Assembly: GCA_026990885.1 (NCBI GenBank)
Contig: JALXCO010000222.1
Location: 1 to 44,042, forward strand
From: Desulfurococcales archaeon
GTDB lineage: Archaea; Thermoproteota; Thermoprotei_A; Sulfolobales; AG1
DNA length: 44,042 nt
Reading direction: 5' to 3'
Positions 27,142-36,313 of this stretch are shown piece by piece. Position numbers and translations under genes: made by a program. Within the stretch, counting starts at the first letter, position 1. Every line of letters starts with the position of its first letter. The notes below the pieces were generated by a model that worked only from the letters and a program-made list of their open reading frames with translations, was not told the origin of the DNA and searched no databases.

Positions 27142-28230
27142 TCACCTCTCGCCTATCCTGACTCTAGGATCTATTATAGCTATAATGACGTCAGCGAGAT
27201 ACAGCGAGATAACCACAAGCATTGCTGATACAACGAAGAAGGCAAGTATCACTGGGTAGTCGTAGTTCTGGAACGCCTGATAGGCGTAGTAAGCTATCCC
27301 GGGCCACGATGAAAGTATCTCGATAGCTATAGACCCGCCGAATATTCCCGGCATCGCGTATGCAAGCCTAGTCACTATCGGGGGCTTGAGGTTTGGTGTT
27401 ATCTCCCTAAATATTATTGTCTCGTCGCTGAGCCCCTTGGCTCTAGCTGTCGTAACGTACTCGTTACCCATCTCCGCTATTACCAGCTGCCTGAAGAAGT
27501 ATGCCCATGACCCGAAGAAGGAGACTAGCGAGGCCACATATAGGGGTGTCAGATACCATAGCCAGTAGGCTATATTGCTGAGGCTAAGCTCCGAGGGTGA
27601 TGGGGGCCTGACTGGCAGGGGTACTATGTATACTCCGAATGTTGTTTTGGGTATGTAGGCGAACACTATGTATATCAGCAGAAGCATTATCCATGGGGGC
27701 ATAACGAACGCGGCTATACCGGATAGGGTAAGAAGGGTGTCCAGGGCCTTTCCCCGTGTTTTAGCTAGATAGAGGCTTACGTAGTAGCCGAAAACTATCG
27801 GGACTATTGTTGCGAAGACGTATAGCGCTAATGTGTATGGTAGTCTAGCCAGTATCTCGTCGGACACCTTTCTGTTCGAGTAGAGTGAGTAGCCGAAGTC
27901 GAATGTGAATACGTTTTTAAGAAACAGCAGCAGCTGATCCGGTATCAGCGGCCTGTCTAGCCCGAATGTCCTTATAGTGAACTCCACCAGCCCCGTGAAT
28001 CTAGGGTCATCCTGGTTCCTTAAAACACTCATCAGGAAGGGGTCAGTTTGGCTCGGCAGAAACAGGCTTCCCCCCGAGAGGGGGACTGGTAGGGCTCTCA
28101 CAAATATAAAGAAAAATATTATGGAGACCAAAAAAACGAGAAACATTATTATTGATCTCGTTATTATGTATCTCGATAGCGACATCTGGGTTCCATAAAT
28201 TATTATTGTTTGAGTAAGAATATTTCTCAA
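27142..28230 (-). CDS. ABC transporter permease, DppB/OppB type
   Basis: It has the EAA-like loop TTARAKGLSDETIIFREITPN and multiple TM spans. The likelier start is the ATG at 28185 (MSLSRYIITR...). Confidence 0.85.
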   Translation of the reverse strand: MRNILTQTIIIYGTQMSLSRYIITRSIIMFLVFLVSIIFFFIFVRALPVPLSGGSLFLPSQTDPFLMSVLRNQDDPRFTGLVEFTIRTFGLDRPLIPDQLLLFLKNVFTFDFGYSLYSNRKVSDEILARLPYTLALYVFATIVPIVFGYYVSLYLAKTRGKALDTLLTLSGIAAFVMPPWIMLLLIYIVFAYIPKTTFGVYIVPLPVRPPSPSELSLSNIAYWLWYLTPLYVASLVSFFGSWAYFFRQLVIAEMGNEYVTTARAKGLSDETIIFREITPNLKPPIVTRLAYAMPGIFGGSIAIEILSSWPGIAYYAYQAFQNYDYPVILAFFVVSAMLVVISLYLADVIIAIIDPRVRIGER

Positions 28231-28245
28231 CGGATACGGATTAGG

Positions 28246-30021
28246 TTAGGCGTATTTCCTGAAGAACTCAACTATAGCAAGCATCTGCCTCAGTATGTTC
28301 TCAACCCTCTGGGGGCCATGGCCCTCCTCCGGCACAACGTGAAGCTCGAATGTTTTTCCTAGATCATGCAGCTTCATGGCGTACTTCAATACGGGCTTTA
28401 GGGGCACCCTGGAGTCGTTTGCTCTATGCCATATCAGTAGTGGCGCCTTCAGGTTTTCGGCGAAGTATGTTGGGGATCTATCTATATATAGATCCTTCCT
28501 CTCATCAGGCTTACCCTTGAATAGCCTTTCTATAAAGCTCCTAAATATGGCGTCTGACAGCTCATACATCTCGATCCAGTCGACAACGCCTACAGCCGCT
28601 GCTGCAGCCCTCCACAGATCGGGCTCCTTAACGGTTGCCAGAAACGTCATGTACCCCCCGTAGCTCGCTCCAAATATAAATACCCTGCCGGGGTCAGCTA
28701 TACCCTTCTCAATAGCGAACTCCCTAGCCTTAACCACGTCTTTGAGGTCCCCTCCCCCGACATCGCCTATATTCATCTTCATGAATTCGGAGCCGTACCC
28801 TGTTGATCCTCTGAAGTTCGGTGCTATAACATGGAAGCCCGAGACAACAAAGGCCTGTATGCTTGGGAACCACTCGTCGGACACCTCCCACCATGGGCCT
28901 CCATGGACCCACACCACTGTTGGGCCTGGTGTCTTGGCTTTCGGGGATTTTACTAGATATGCCGGGATCTCTAGACCGTCGAATGATCTGTATGTTATGA
29001 ATTCTGGCTTGCCCATAGATCTTTTTAGATCTTCGCTAACATCCTGAGTATATATAGCCCTGGGCCTCCTCCCCAGCCCAACCTCGTATATGCCCGGCGG
29101 CATATTCATGTTTGAGTGCTGTATTATGAAGCTATCACTATCCAGCTGTTCCGCGTAGGATATGGATCCCTCTGGCGCATCGATCTCTCTGTAGTCACCT
29201 CCAAGATACTCTATGACCAGCCTCGACCTACCATTCTTCCACGCAACATACCATATCCCACCGCCATCCTCAAGCCACCCGTATGGCCCGAAATCCAGGC
29301 CGTGAACCTGTGATCCTGTATTCCTCACCTCTCCTGTTTCAAGATCCATTATAGCTAGCTCGTTAAACCCCCTATAGTCCGTTTTGAACAGCACTCTCCT
29401 CCCTTCAGGATCTATTTTTGGTGCAGTATTCATCGAGCCCTCTTTAGGGGTTTTGATTCTAGCCTCTGACTTCTCTAGATCATATATAATGATCTCTGTA
29501 GAATAGGGATTATCCGTTGTTCTCCCGCTACACGCTATCAGCGCCTTCTTTCTATCCGACACAAATATGCCCTTCTTAACTTCATATAGATTCTCGTATG
29601 AGCCATCCAGCTTCATTAAAGCCAGGAAGTTTGAGTCTTCATCGCTATATGTGAAAGCTATGGATTCCCCTCTATCATCGAGCTTTATGCCAGTCACCCT
29701 AACCGGCTTAAGGTTCGATACCTGCTTCTCTCTACCCTGGGAGTCCGTTACATATATCTGGTGCCTCTCGTTTCCTCCACGGTCCCTGGCGAATATGACT
29801 AGATCCAGATTCCTGGCTACGTCAGCATGCATGACCCTATCATCGCCAAAGGATATCTGTCTCATAGATCGCGATTCCAGATCGAGGCTCCAAAGCTGAT
29901 TAACACCAGATCTATTCGATACAACAGCAAGAAAACGGCCAGAACCGAATAAGCCAACACCAGATAGAGAGGGGATCCGGAACAGCTCCTCAACAAGCTC
30001 GCGATACAAGATATACACCAA
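28246..30021 (-). CDS. S9 family serine peptidase, acylaminoacyl-peptidase type (Aeropyrum APE_1547-like)
   Basis: It has the nucleophile motif GASYGGYM and the pattern PGPTVVWVHGGP...NFRGSTGYG...VVDWIEMYELSDA...NDSRVPLKP...GHG. An N-terminal beta-propeller region is present and there is no signal peptide. The start is TTG. Confidence 0.9.
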   Translation of the reverse strand: MVYILYRELVEELFRIPSLSGVGLFGSGRFLAVVSNRSGVNQLWSLDLESRSMRQISFGDDRVMHADVARNLDLVIFARDRGGNERHQIYVTDSQGREKQVSNLKPVRVTGIKLDDRGESIAFTYSDEDSNFLALMKLDGSYENLYEVKKGIFVSDRKKALIACSGRTTDNPYSTEIIIYDLEKSEARIKTPKEGSMNTAPKIDPEGRRVLFKTDYRGFNELAIMDLETGEVRNTGSQVHGLDFGPYGWLEDGGGIWYVAWKNGRSRLVIEYLGGDYREIDAPEGSISYAEQLDSDSFIIQHSNMNMPPGIYEVGLGRRPRAIYTQDVSEDLKRSMGKPEFITYRSFDGLEIPAYLVKSPKAKTPGPTVVWVHGGPWWEVSDEWFPSIQAFVVSGFHVIAPNFRGSTGYGSEFMKMNIGDVGGGDLKDVVKAREFAIEKGIADPGRVFIFGASYGGYMTFLATVKEPDLWRAAAAAVGVVDWIEMYELSDAIFRSFIERLFKGKPDERKDLYIDRSPTYFAENLKAPLLIWHRANDSRVPLKPVLKYAMKLHDLGKTFELHVVPEEGHGPQRVENILRQMLAIVEFFRKYA

Positions 30022-30100
30022 CCAAAAATAGCTATAGAAACAATATAAAACTTAAAAACACAGAAAACTTTTAAAAGAGCAAACCACATAATAATTTTGG

Positions 30101-30188
30101 GCCGGGGTCGCCTAGCCTGGTAGGGCGCCGGCCTGCTAAGCCGGTGGGGACCACCCCCGCGCGGGTTCAAATCCCGCCCCCGGCGCCA
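30101..30188 (+). tRNA. tRNA-Ser (anticodon GCT), class II with a long variable arm, encoded CCA
   Basis: Acceptor is GCCGGGG/CCCCGGC. The anticodon arm is CCGGC-CTGCTAA-GCCGG (anticodon 30135-30137). The variable arm is GGGG-ACCA-CCCC, the T arm is GCGGG-TTCAAAT-CCCGC, and the discriminator is G. Confidence 0.9.
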
Positions 30189-30236
30189 CCACATTCTAGA
30201 CCTGGGTTGCCTATATAATTGCTATGGAGCTAAGCT

Positions 30237-31319
30237 ATGGAGCTATATGTCGACGGTAGCTATAGAACGTCTCTTGGTGTTGGATTCTATAATAGGTATA
30301 GAGAGCTTCAGGCTTTGGATCGGTATCTTAAGGCCCATAGAACATTGATTGTATATGGCCCCAGGAATGTGGGGAAAAGCGAGCTTATGTCATACTGGAT
30401 CAAGAAAAATAGTGGCGGAGGTTTTTTCTTGGTAGTAGACGCTAGAGAAAAAAGAGTAGATTCTCTAGGCTTCAATGCGGATAAATTGAAAGCCGACTTT
30501 CAGAGGTTTAGAGAAGAGCTTACTGGTATTGTGAAGACTCATCTGGAGAAAAAATCCAGCCTTATAGGTATGCTTCTAGAAATCATAGATATGGTTAGAG
30601 ACGTAATACGTCAGTATCTATCAAAAGAATTAATAGTATTTGTAGATGAATTCCACCTTATGCCTGGATATTTTGGTGGTGCGGGTAGCAGTAGAGAGCT
30701 GATGAAGGATCTTGAGGCTGTAGCTGGGCTGCTTGCTAAAAGAAGCGATATAAATGCTAGATTTATAGCCACTATAAGTGAGGGATTCTTGGTGATGGAT
30801 CATGAGCTACGCAGCAGATTGGTTGGTTACTCTACAGGTTATTTTCTGGTTGAGGAAATGGATGGTGCCCACTTCAAGGCTCTATTTGATGAGTACAGCG
30901 GTAGGTGGGGGTGTAGTGTGGGTTATAGCGGGTTCATATCTATAGTTGGTGGTGTCCCGGGATACCTTAGGGATATATGCCCTAGGTCGAGGGATGATCT
31001 AAAAACCTATATCTTAAATATGGTAGGTGATTTCGAATATGCTATTAGCGTTATAGGTAAGAGAATGGGCATAGGCTCTAGAAGGGTTATAGAGATGATA
31101 TATAGGCTGTTTGTAGATGGCTATCCAGCGCAGAGGGACCCCGACCTATATGATGCAGGGAGAATGCTTGTGGAGAGAAATATAGCTTATATCAAATACA
31201 CTGATAGGGGTGTGGTGTTTAGGCCTCAGATCAATCTGTATAGAAAGATAGTTGAGCTGGCATATAGGGAAGGTGCGGATTCTCTCATGGATCTATCTAG
31301 CCGTATAGATTTTCTTTAA
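30237..31319 (+). CDS. Archaeal ATPase family (Arch_ATPase/AAA-like) protein
   Basis: It has an N-terminal F-x-N-R-x-x-E-L motif region (FYNRYRELQALDRYL), Walker A GPRNVGKS and Walker B VFVDEFH. Confidence 0.7.
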   Translation: MELYVDGSYRTSLGVGFYNRYRELQALDRYLKAHRTLIVYGPRNVGKSELMSYWIKKNSGGGFFLVVDAREKRVDSLGFNADKLKADFQRFREELTGIVKTHLEKKSSLIGMLLEIIDMVRDVIRQYLSKELIVFVDEFHLMPGYFGGAGSSRELMKDLEAVAGLLAKRSDINARFIATISEGFLVMDHELRSRLVGYSTGYFLVEEMDGAHFKALFDEYSGRWGCSVGYSGFISIVGGVPGYLRDICPRSRDDLKTYILNMVGDFEYAISVIGKRMGIGSRRVIEMIYRLFVDGYPAQRDPDLYDAGRMLVERNIAYIKYTDRGVVFRPQINLYRKIVELAYREGADSLMDLSSRIDFL

Positions 31320-33273
31320 ACCACTCAACTATAATTTTAAGCCTCTCAACACGGTGCTTGGGCTTTCCGCTCCTGCTCAGCTCGTGGTTCTCTCCGGGAA
31401 ATATGACTAGCTTTGTCTTAACGCCGTTGAGCTTTAGGGCTGTGAAGAACTCTATAGCCTGATCGAGCCAGCATCTATAGTCTTCCACGCTATGGATTAT
31501 GAGCGTGGGTGTTTTAGCGTTTTTAACATGCATTACTGGGCTTTTAGCTAGGTATGTATCGGGGTCCTCCCAAGGTGTTTTCCCGCAGCCTATCTGCCCG
31601 GCGTTGAAGTAGAAGCCTATATCGGTTGTCCCGAACTTGCTTATCCAATCGCTTATAGATCTCTCTGTGAGGGCCGCCTTAAACCTGTCTGTGTGGGTCA
31701 CTATCCAGTTGGTCATGAATCCACCGTAGCTACCTCCAGCAACACCTATGTTTACGGGGTCTAGGCGGTCCCCAAACTCCTTGAGTACGTAGTCTACAGC
31801 CTCCATAAGATCCTGGTAGTCCCTCTCGCCGAAGCGGCATCTTATGTCGGCGAACTCCTCCGAGTAGCCATCGCTACCCCTCGGGTTTGTGTATACAACT
31901 GCGAATCCTTTATGGCTTAGGAGATGGAACTCGAATAGGAATCCCTCGCCATACATTGTTTTTGGGCCGCCGTGTATATATAGGATCCACGGGATCTTCT
32001 TGTTCTCCTTAACGGCGCTCTCTGGGGGCATAAGGATCCATCCATCGATCTCTTTCCCATCACTAGCCTTAAACCTAAAGTATCTTGGCCTCCCGACATC
32101 GAAAACCTCAAGGAATCCCCTGTTGAACTCGGTAAGCTTCCCGACCTCACCACCGCTATATACATAGAGCTCCTTGGGCTCGAAAGAGCTCATAGCTGTG
32201 AAAACTATATTGCGGCCCTTGGCATCAACGCTGAACTCGTCGACGCTGAATCTAGGCAGATCAATAACCGGCGTCGGCTCACCACCAGGCCTGCTACGGT
32301 ACAGCTTAACCCTCCCGCCATCGGAAACCATGTAGTATATGTATCCATCCTCGCCCCAGTGGAGGTGTGGAGAGCAGCTTGGCCCCCTAACATCGCTGTT
32401 TAGCGTGTTCTCTGTATTTCTATTAAGCTCCTCATCTCTATAGCATGATACGCATGAAAGCTCCTGTGAGCCTAGATCGTATACGAAGACCTTGAAGTGT
32501 GAGGCGAAGGTCCTCCCCTTCTCGATCTCTCTCCCCAGAAAAGCTATCTTGGAGCCGTCGGTAGACCAGGTTAGGGACGTGATCGAAAAGCCATGTATGG
32601 GTAGCTCGCTCTTCTCGCCGGACCTGGTGTCTAGAATATATACTCTCGACACGTAGGGCTTCAGCTCCTCGACGCTTGCCGCGTAGGCTATTTTAGCTCC
32701 ATCAGGGGACCACGATGCTGTGGATACATTTATGTTCCCTTCGGTGGCCTGGGTAACTAAACCACTCAATGTGTCGACTATGAAGACATGCCTATACAGG
32801 TTGTATGTGAATCCTTCAGCATTCCTCCATATAGGGATCCTTTCAATAATCTTAACGTCCTCATGGATCTCACCGACCTTAGATATAACTAGGAGCCTCC
32901 TCGAGTCCGGGCTCCATTTAACCTCCTGAATACCACCCTTGAAGTATGCCACTTTCCATGGCTCGGAATCTATAGATCTCATGAGATAGAGCTCTGAACC
33001 CTTATCCTGATCGCCCAAGCCGCGTCTAGACTGGAACACAAATCTGCTCCCGTCCGGGCTCCATAGGGGGCATGTGTCTGTAGGGCCGTTCAGTACTGTT
33101 TCATACGTTCTTGAGTCTAGATCGGCTATCCATATAGTTGAATCATACCTATCCTTCTCGATATTTATTCTGGTCACCGTGAACAGCGCTTTTCTGCCAG
33201 ACCTCTCTATAGAGGGGCTTGATACAAGAACAACCTTATCCAGATCACTATGCTCGAGAAGCCTCTTAACCAA
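31297..33273 (-). CDS. S9 family serine peptidase (acylaminoacyl-peptidase / prolyl oligopeptidase family) with an N-terminal beta-propeller
   Basis: It has the nucleophile motif GGSYGGFM and NPRGSDGYS, with WSPDG-type repeats in the N-terminal half. There is no signal peptide. The start is TTG, with an in-frame TAA 7 codons upstream. Confidence 0.9.
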   Translation of the reverse strand: MVKRLLEHSDLDKVVLVSSPSIERSGRKALFTVTRINIEKDRYDSTIWIADLDSRTYETVLNGPTDTCPLWSPDGSRFVFQSRRGLGDQDKGSELYLMRSIDSEPWKVAYFKGGIQEVKWSPDSRRLLVISKVGEIHEDVKIIERIPIWRNAEGFTYNLYRHVFIVDTLSGLVTQATEGNINVSTASWSPDGAKIAYAASVEELKPYVSRVYILDTRSGEKSELPIHGFSITSLTWSTDGSKIAFLGREIEKGRTFASHFKVFVYDLGSQELSCVSCYRDEELNRNTENTLNSDVRGPSCSPHLHWGEDGYIYYMVSDGGRVKLYRSRPGGEPTPVIDLPRFSVDEFSVDAKGRNIVFTAMSSFEPKELYVYSGGEVGKLTEFNRGFLEVFDVGRPRYFRFKASDGKEIDGWILMPPESAVKENKKIPWILYIHGGPKTMYGEGFLFEFHLLSHKGFAVVYTNPRGSDGYSEEFADIRCRFGERDYQDLMEAVDYVLKEFGDRLDPVNIGVAGGSYGGFMTNWIVTHTDRFKAALTERSISDWISKFGTTDIGFYFNAGQIGCGKTPWEDPDTYLAKSPVMHVKNAKTPTLIIHSVEDYRCWLDQAIEFFTALKLNGVKTKLVIFPGENHELSRSGKPKHRVERLKIIVEWFKENLYG

Positions 33274-33298
33274 AGCTAGACCACCAGATAAACTTTAG

Positions 33299-33442
33299 TT
33301 GGTTACCGTTCACCTGAGCCGTGCCCTCATATATCAAGCTGTGTTGAGGTGTATCGGGCACGGCTGGGTTCATCACGGCGACACTCCGACCCCCTCACCA
33401 CAGCCTCCTAGACTGCGGGTCTCGGGAATCGGAGCCAACCAA
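33299..33442. ncRNA. Candidate structured RNA or DNA element (three-way-junction fold), unknown class
   Basis: The closing helix is TTGGTT (33299-33304) with AACCAA (33437-33442), extended by CCGTTC with GAA-T-CGG. Hairpin 1 pairs 33314-33326 with 33356-33368 at 12 of 13 positions, including an 8-bp GC-rich core. Hairpin 2 pairs 33386-33392 with 33417-33425. The stretch is GC-rich compared with neighbouring AT-rich spacers and holds no ORF of 60 codons or more. The strand is undetermined; one G-U pair weakly favours +. Confidence 0.3.
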
Positions 33443-33499
33443 GATAACTTATAGTCTTCAAGGGCTATATGCTTTACGGCATGCCCAACAGCTCTCAGA

Positions 33500-33530
33500 A
33501 ACATAGAAAGACACGGCTCAACATAGAAAG
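33500..33530. repeat. Direct repeat AACATAGAAAG x2 with 20-nt periodicity
   Basis: Exact 11-mers at 33500-33510 and 33520-33530, in the spacer between the permease and peptidase genes. Confidence 0.5.
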
Positions 33531-33595
33531 CCATAATTTAACGTTTCTGCCCCTTATTAAATGCGTGAGCAAACATGAAAAAGCCTATATGGTGT

Positions 33596-35137
33596 CTACA
33601 TCCTTCTCCTGAGTCTAGGCTCGACAATAGTTTCTGCTGCGAGACCCAGTAGGACGAAGGTTAATGCTGTGATCCCGATCAATATTCCTGGAGGAAAGAT
33701 CCACCACCAGACCCCGTAGGAGCCGCCAGCACCAATATATGCTCTAGCCTCAGCAAGAATACTGCCCCAGGTAGGAAGGCCATGCCTAACGCCAATAACG
33801 CTTAACCCGGCCTCAGCCAGGATCGCTCCCGGAACCGAGAACACCAGGCTCGCCATCATGTAGGGTACAAGCTGCGGGATTATATGTCGGAAGATTATCC
33901 TGACATTGGATGCTCCAAGGGCCCTTGCAGCCTCTATATAGGGCTCTGCCTTTATGCTTAGCGTCATGGATCTTATAATTATCGCCAGGCCTCCCCAGCT
34001 GAATACCACTAGAAAGGCTATTATTATGAATAACCTCTCCCACGCACTAACGTTCCACTCCTGAACAATAACGCCTATAAGGATCAGTATTGGGAGCAGA
34101 GGTATATTACCGATGATATCGACGGTCCTCTGGATAGCGTCATCAACGACCCCGCCATAGTAGCCGCTTATTACTCCAGCAATCATCCCTATCAAGACTG
34201 CTGATACAGCCGCAAATATCCCTATAAGGAGAGCTACGGGGAAGCCGTATAGGAGCCCTAGAAACAGATCTCTACCCGCGTCATCCGTTCCCGCTAGCCC
34301 ATAGGCTGATCCCTTAACTATAATGGTTATCTCTCTAGCCCCAAGGCCCTTGGACTCCATTATGGTCTTGAGGTCCCTTGGATCTACGCCCGGAGCCAGG
34401 TAGGATATAACTATATCGATACTGTATGCCCCCTGGAGAGGTCTTGTATAGAAGTTCTCGCCAACAACCTCGCCGAAAAGATAGAAGTTTATGACCTTTT
34501 TAGCTACATCCTGGGGAACGTTAAGTTTTCTCTCGATCCATGCAGCAGCTGTGTCCTGATCGAGCCTAATATCCTTTCCGGCAAGGGACTTTAGGGTTAG
34601 CGTTTCAGGGGCGTTTATAAGTATCTGGCTGCCGTCGGGGCGGTTCAGAAATACATACACCACAATCTGGGGCTCAACCATCCTGCCCCTAATGGTTATC
34701 GTTCCGTAGCCAACCTCAGCAAACCTAACCAGAATGCTCTGCGGGTACGCGTCGCTATCGAGAACATACGTGGCCGAGAACCTCTGTATGTAGCCGAAGA
34801 GCTGTATGTCATCGATAAAGAAGGGCTCCAGATAGACCTTGGATTCAACCGGCCTATCCAGCTCTATAATAGCGTGTCTAGCTACAGGGAAGCCGAAGAA
34901 CCTAATCCATTCAGGTGGTGCAACAAAGGGGTTGGTGTCCCACTCTTTACGGTTGTTCCATACGCTATCGAAGTTGGAGGGCATAACTATGGTTGTATAT
35001 ATAGATATAGCCACGAGAAACACCAGCAGTATAAGCCCAGCCTTACCCATGTTCTGTGCCCAAACCTCACCGAACGCTCCCTTGAAAGCTCTATATATCG
35101 GGTCTAGAGGTGATCTCTTCAGCTGATACATGCTCAT
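33596..35137 (-). CDS. ABC transporter permease, DppC/OppC type, with a large extracytoplasmic insert (paralog of 25593-27140)
   Basis: It has the same architecture as 25593-27140: TM1, about 245 soluble residues, then a permease core with EAARALGASNVRIIFRHIIP. Both share an AYGLAGTDDAGRD-type motif just before TM2. It overlaps the upstream gene by 4 nt. Confidence 0.85.
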   Translation of the reverse strand: MSMYQLKRSPLDPIYRAFKGAFGEVWAQNMGKAGLILLVFLVAISIYTTIVMPSNFDSVWNNRKEWDTNPFVAPPEWIRFFGFPVARHAIIELDRPVESKVYLEPFFIDDIQLFGYIQRFSATYVLDSDAYPQSILVRFAEVGYGTITIRGRMVEPQIVVYVFLNRPDGSQILINAPETLTLKSLAGKDIRLDQDTAAAWIERKLNVPQDVAKKVINFYLFGEVVGENFYTRPLQGAYSIDIVISYLAPGVDPRDLKTIMESKGLGAREITIIVKGSAYGLAGTDDAGRDLFLGLLYGFPVALLIGIFAAVSAVLIGMIAGVISGYYGGVVDDAIQRTVDIIGNIPLLPILILIGVIVQEWNVSAWERLFIIIAFLVVFSWGGLAIIIRSMTLSIKAEPYIEAARALGASNVRIIFRHIIPQLVPYMMASLVFSVPGAILAEAGLSVIGVRHGLPTWGSILAEARAYIGAGGSYGVWWWIFPPGILIGITALTFVLLGLAAETIVEPRLRRRM

Positions 35138-36222
35138 AGAGACACCCTTGGATCTAGAATGACGTAGAGCACCTCAAGAATAAACCTAGCGATTATATAC
35201 ACCAGGGTCGTTATATACACTAAACCGATGATGGTTGGGGAGTCGCCCGTGGTTATCGCTGCGTAGTATAGGAGGCCTATGCCCGGCCAATCAAACACGG
35301 ACTCTGTTATTATGAACCCGCCTATAGACCCCGCTAACCCCAGTATTATAAGGGTCATGGCGGGGCCGGCTATAACCCTGAGAACATAGTGCCTTATAAC
35401 CTGTCTTTCGGGAAGGCCCTTGGCTTTAGCCATGAAGACATAGTCCTCACTAACCACTCTTATGGCTATGGCCCTAACCGAGTATAGCCAGCCGCCCAGA
35501 ATGCCGATGACCACAACGATTATTGGTAGATATGCGTAGTAGAGTATGTTGATAAAGCTTGTGAAGGGATCCTCCCAGAACCTATTTATGTATGATATAA
35601 CCCCTCTATAGCTTGTGGGAGCGATCTTGAGCTGGAAACCAACAAAATATATAGCAACTATAGCCAGCCACCATATTGGAAGGGCATTAGTGAATGCCGC
35701 GTAGCTTATAGAGAGCTTATCCCATATACTACCCCTCCTATACGCTATAAACGGGGCTAGAGGCAGCGCGATAGCTATAGAGATTAGCTGTGCTATAGTG
35801 AGCATTATGATTGTTCTCGGGAGAGTTATAAGGATCGCGTCAGAAACCCTAACCGGGGGCTGAAGACCAGCTATATTTGCGACCTCCTCACTAAGGGAGT
35901 ATCCGAGATTAAGTATCATGGCGTTGAAAGCCATCGGTATGACCCGCTCCCACCACGGCTTATCGAGCCCGTAGTAGCTTATCAGGAACTGCTCCCGCTC
36001 TTTGATAAGCTTCTCTATATCCTCACCCGACCCCTTAAGCTGCTGCCTGAGAGCCTGGCTATATGCCTGGAGCTCGGTAACAACGATAGCCTTAAGTATT
36101 TTTTCATCATACCCAGTAGCCCCAAGGATAACTGCTGTTAGCAACATAATGACTACGAGAGCTACAGATAGTAAAATAGCTCTTTTAGCCAGTATTCTAG
36201 GAATTCTGCCTCTCGCACTCAT
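35134..36222 (-). CDS. ABC transporter permease, DppB/OppB type
   Basis: It has the EAA-like loop MAKAKGLPERQVIRHYVLR and multiple TM spans. Confidence 0.85.
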   Translation of the reverse strand: MSARGRIPRILAKRAILLSVALVVIMLLTAVILGATGYDEKILKAIVVTELQAYSQALRQQLKGSGEDIEKLIKEREQFLISYYGLDKPWWERVIPMAFNAMILNLGYSLSEEVANIAGLQPPVRVSDAILITLPRTIIMLTIAQLISIAIALPLAPFIAYRRGSIWDKLSISYAAFTNALPIWWLAIVAIYFVGFQLKIAPTSYRGVISYINRFWEDPFTSFINILYYAYLPIIVVVIGILGGWLYSVRAIAIRVVSEDYVFMAKAKGLPERQVIRHYVLRVIAGPAMTLIILGLAGSIGGFIITESVFDWPGIGLLYYAAITTGDSPTIIGLVYITTLVYIIARFILEVLYVILDPRVSL

Positions 36223-36313
36223 TTATAAAACCCCTTAAATACCGTAGAATTTAAACATGAAAAAATAAAAATTTAAATAAGTCAAATTTGTATTTCGCTA
36301 ACGCCTCACTCTA

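Noticed and set aside
29862-30194. A 110-aa minus-strand ORF spanning the tRNA-Ser gene.
   Set aside because: It runs antisense through a well-formed class II tRNA and the A/C-rich promoter spacer. It has no motif, so I treat it as spurious.
33314-33381. A C/D-box sRNA-like layout on the minus strand: GTGATGA, a 12-nt spacer, CCGA, then TGATATA, a 12-nt spacer, TCAG.
   Set aside because: The terminal D box is not CUGA, and the C' and D' boxes are degenerate. The internal spacer (17 nt) is too long. The two would-be guides are complementary to each other, so they form hairpin arms rather than guides.
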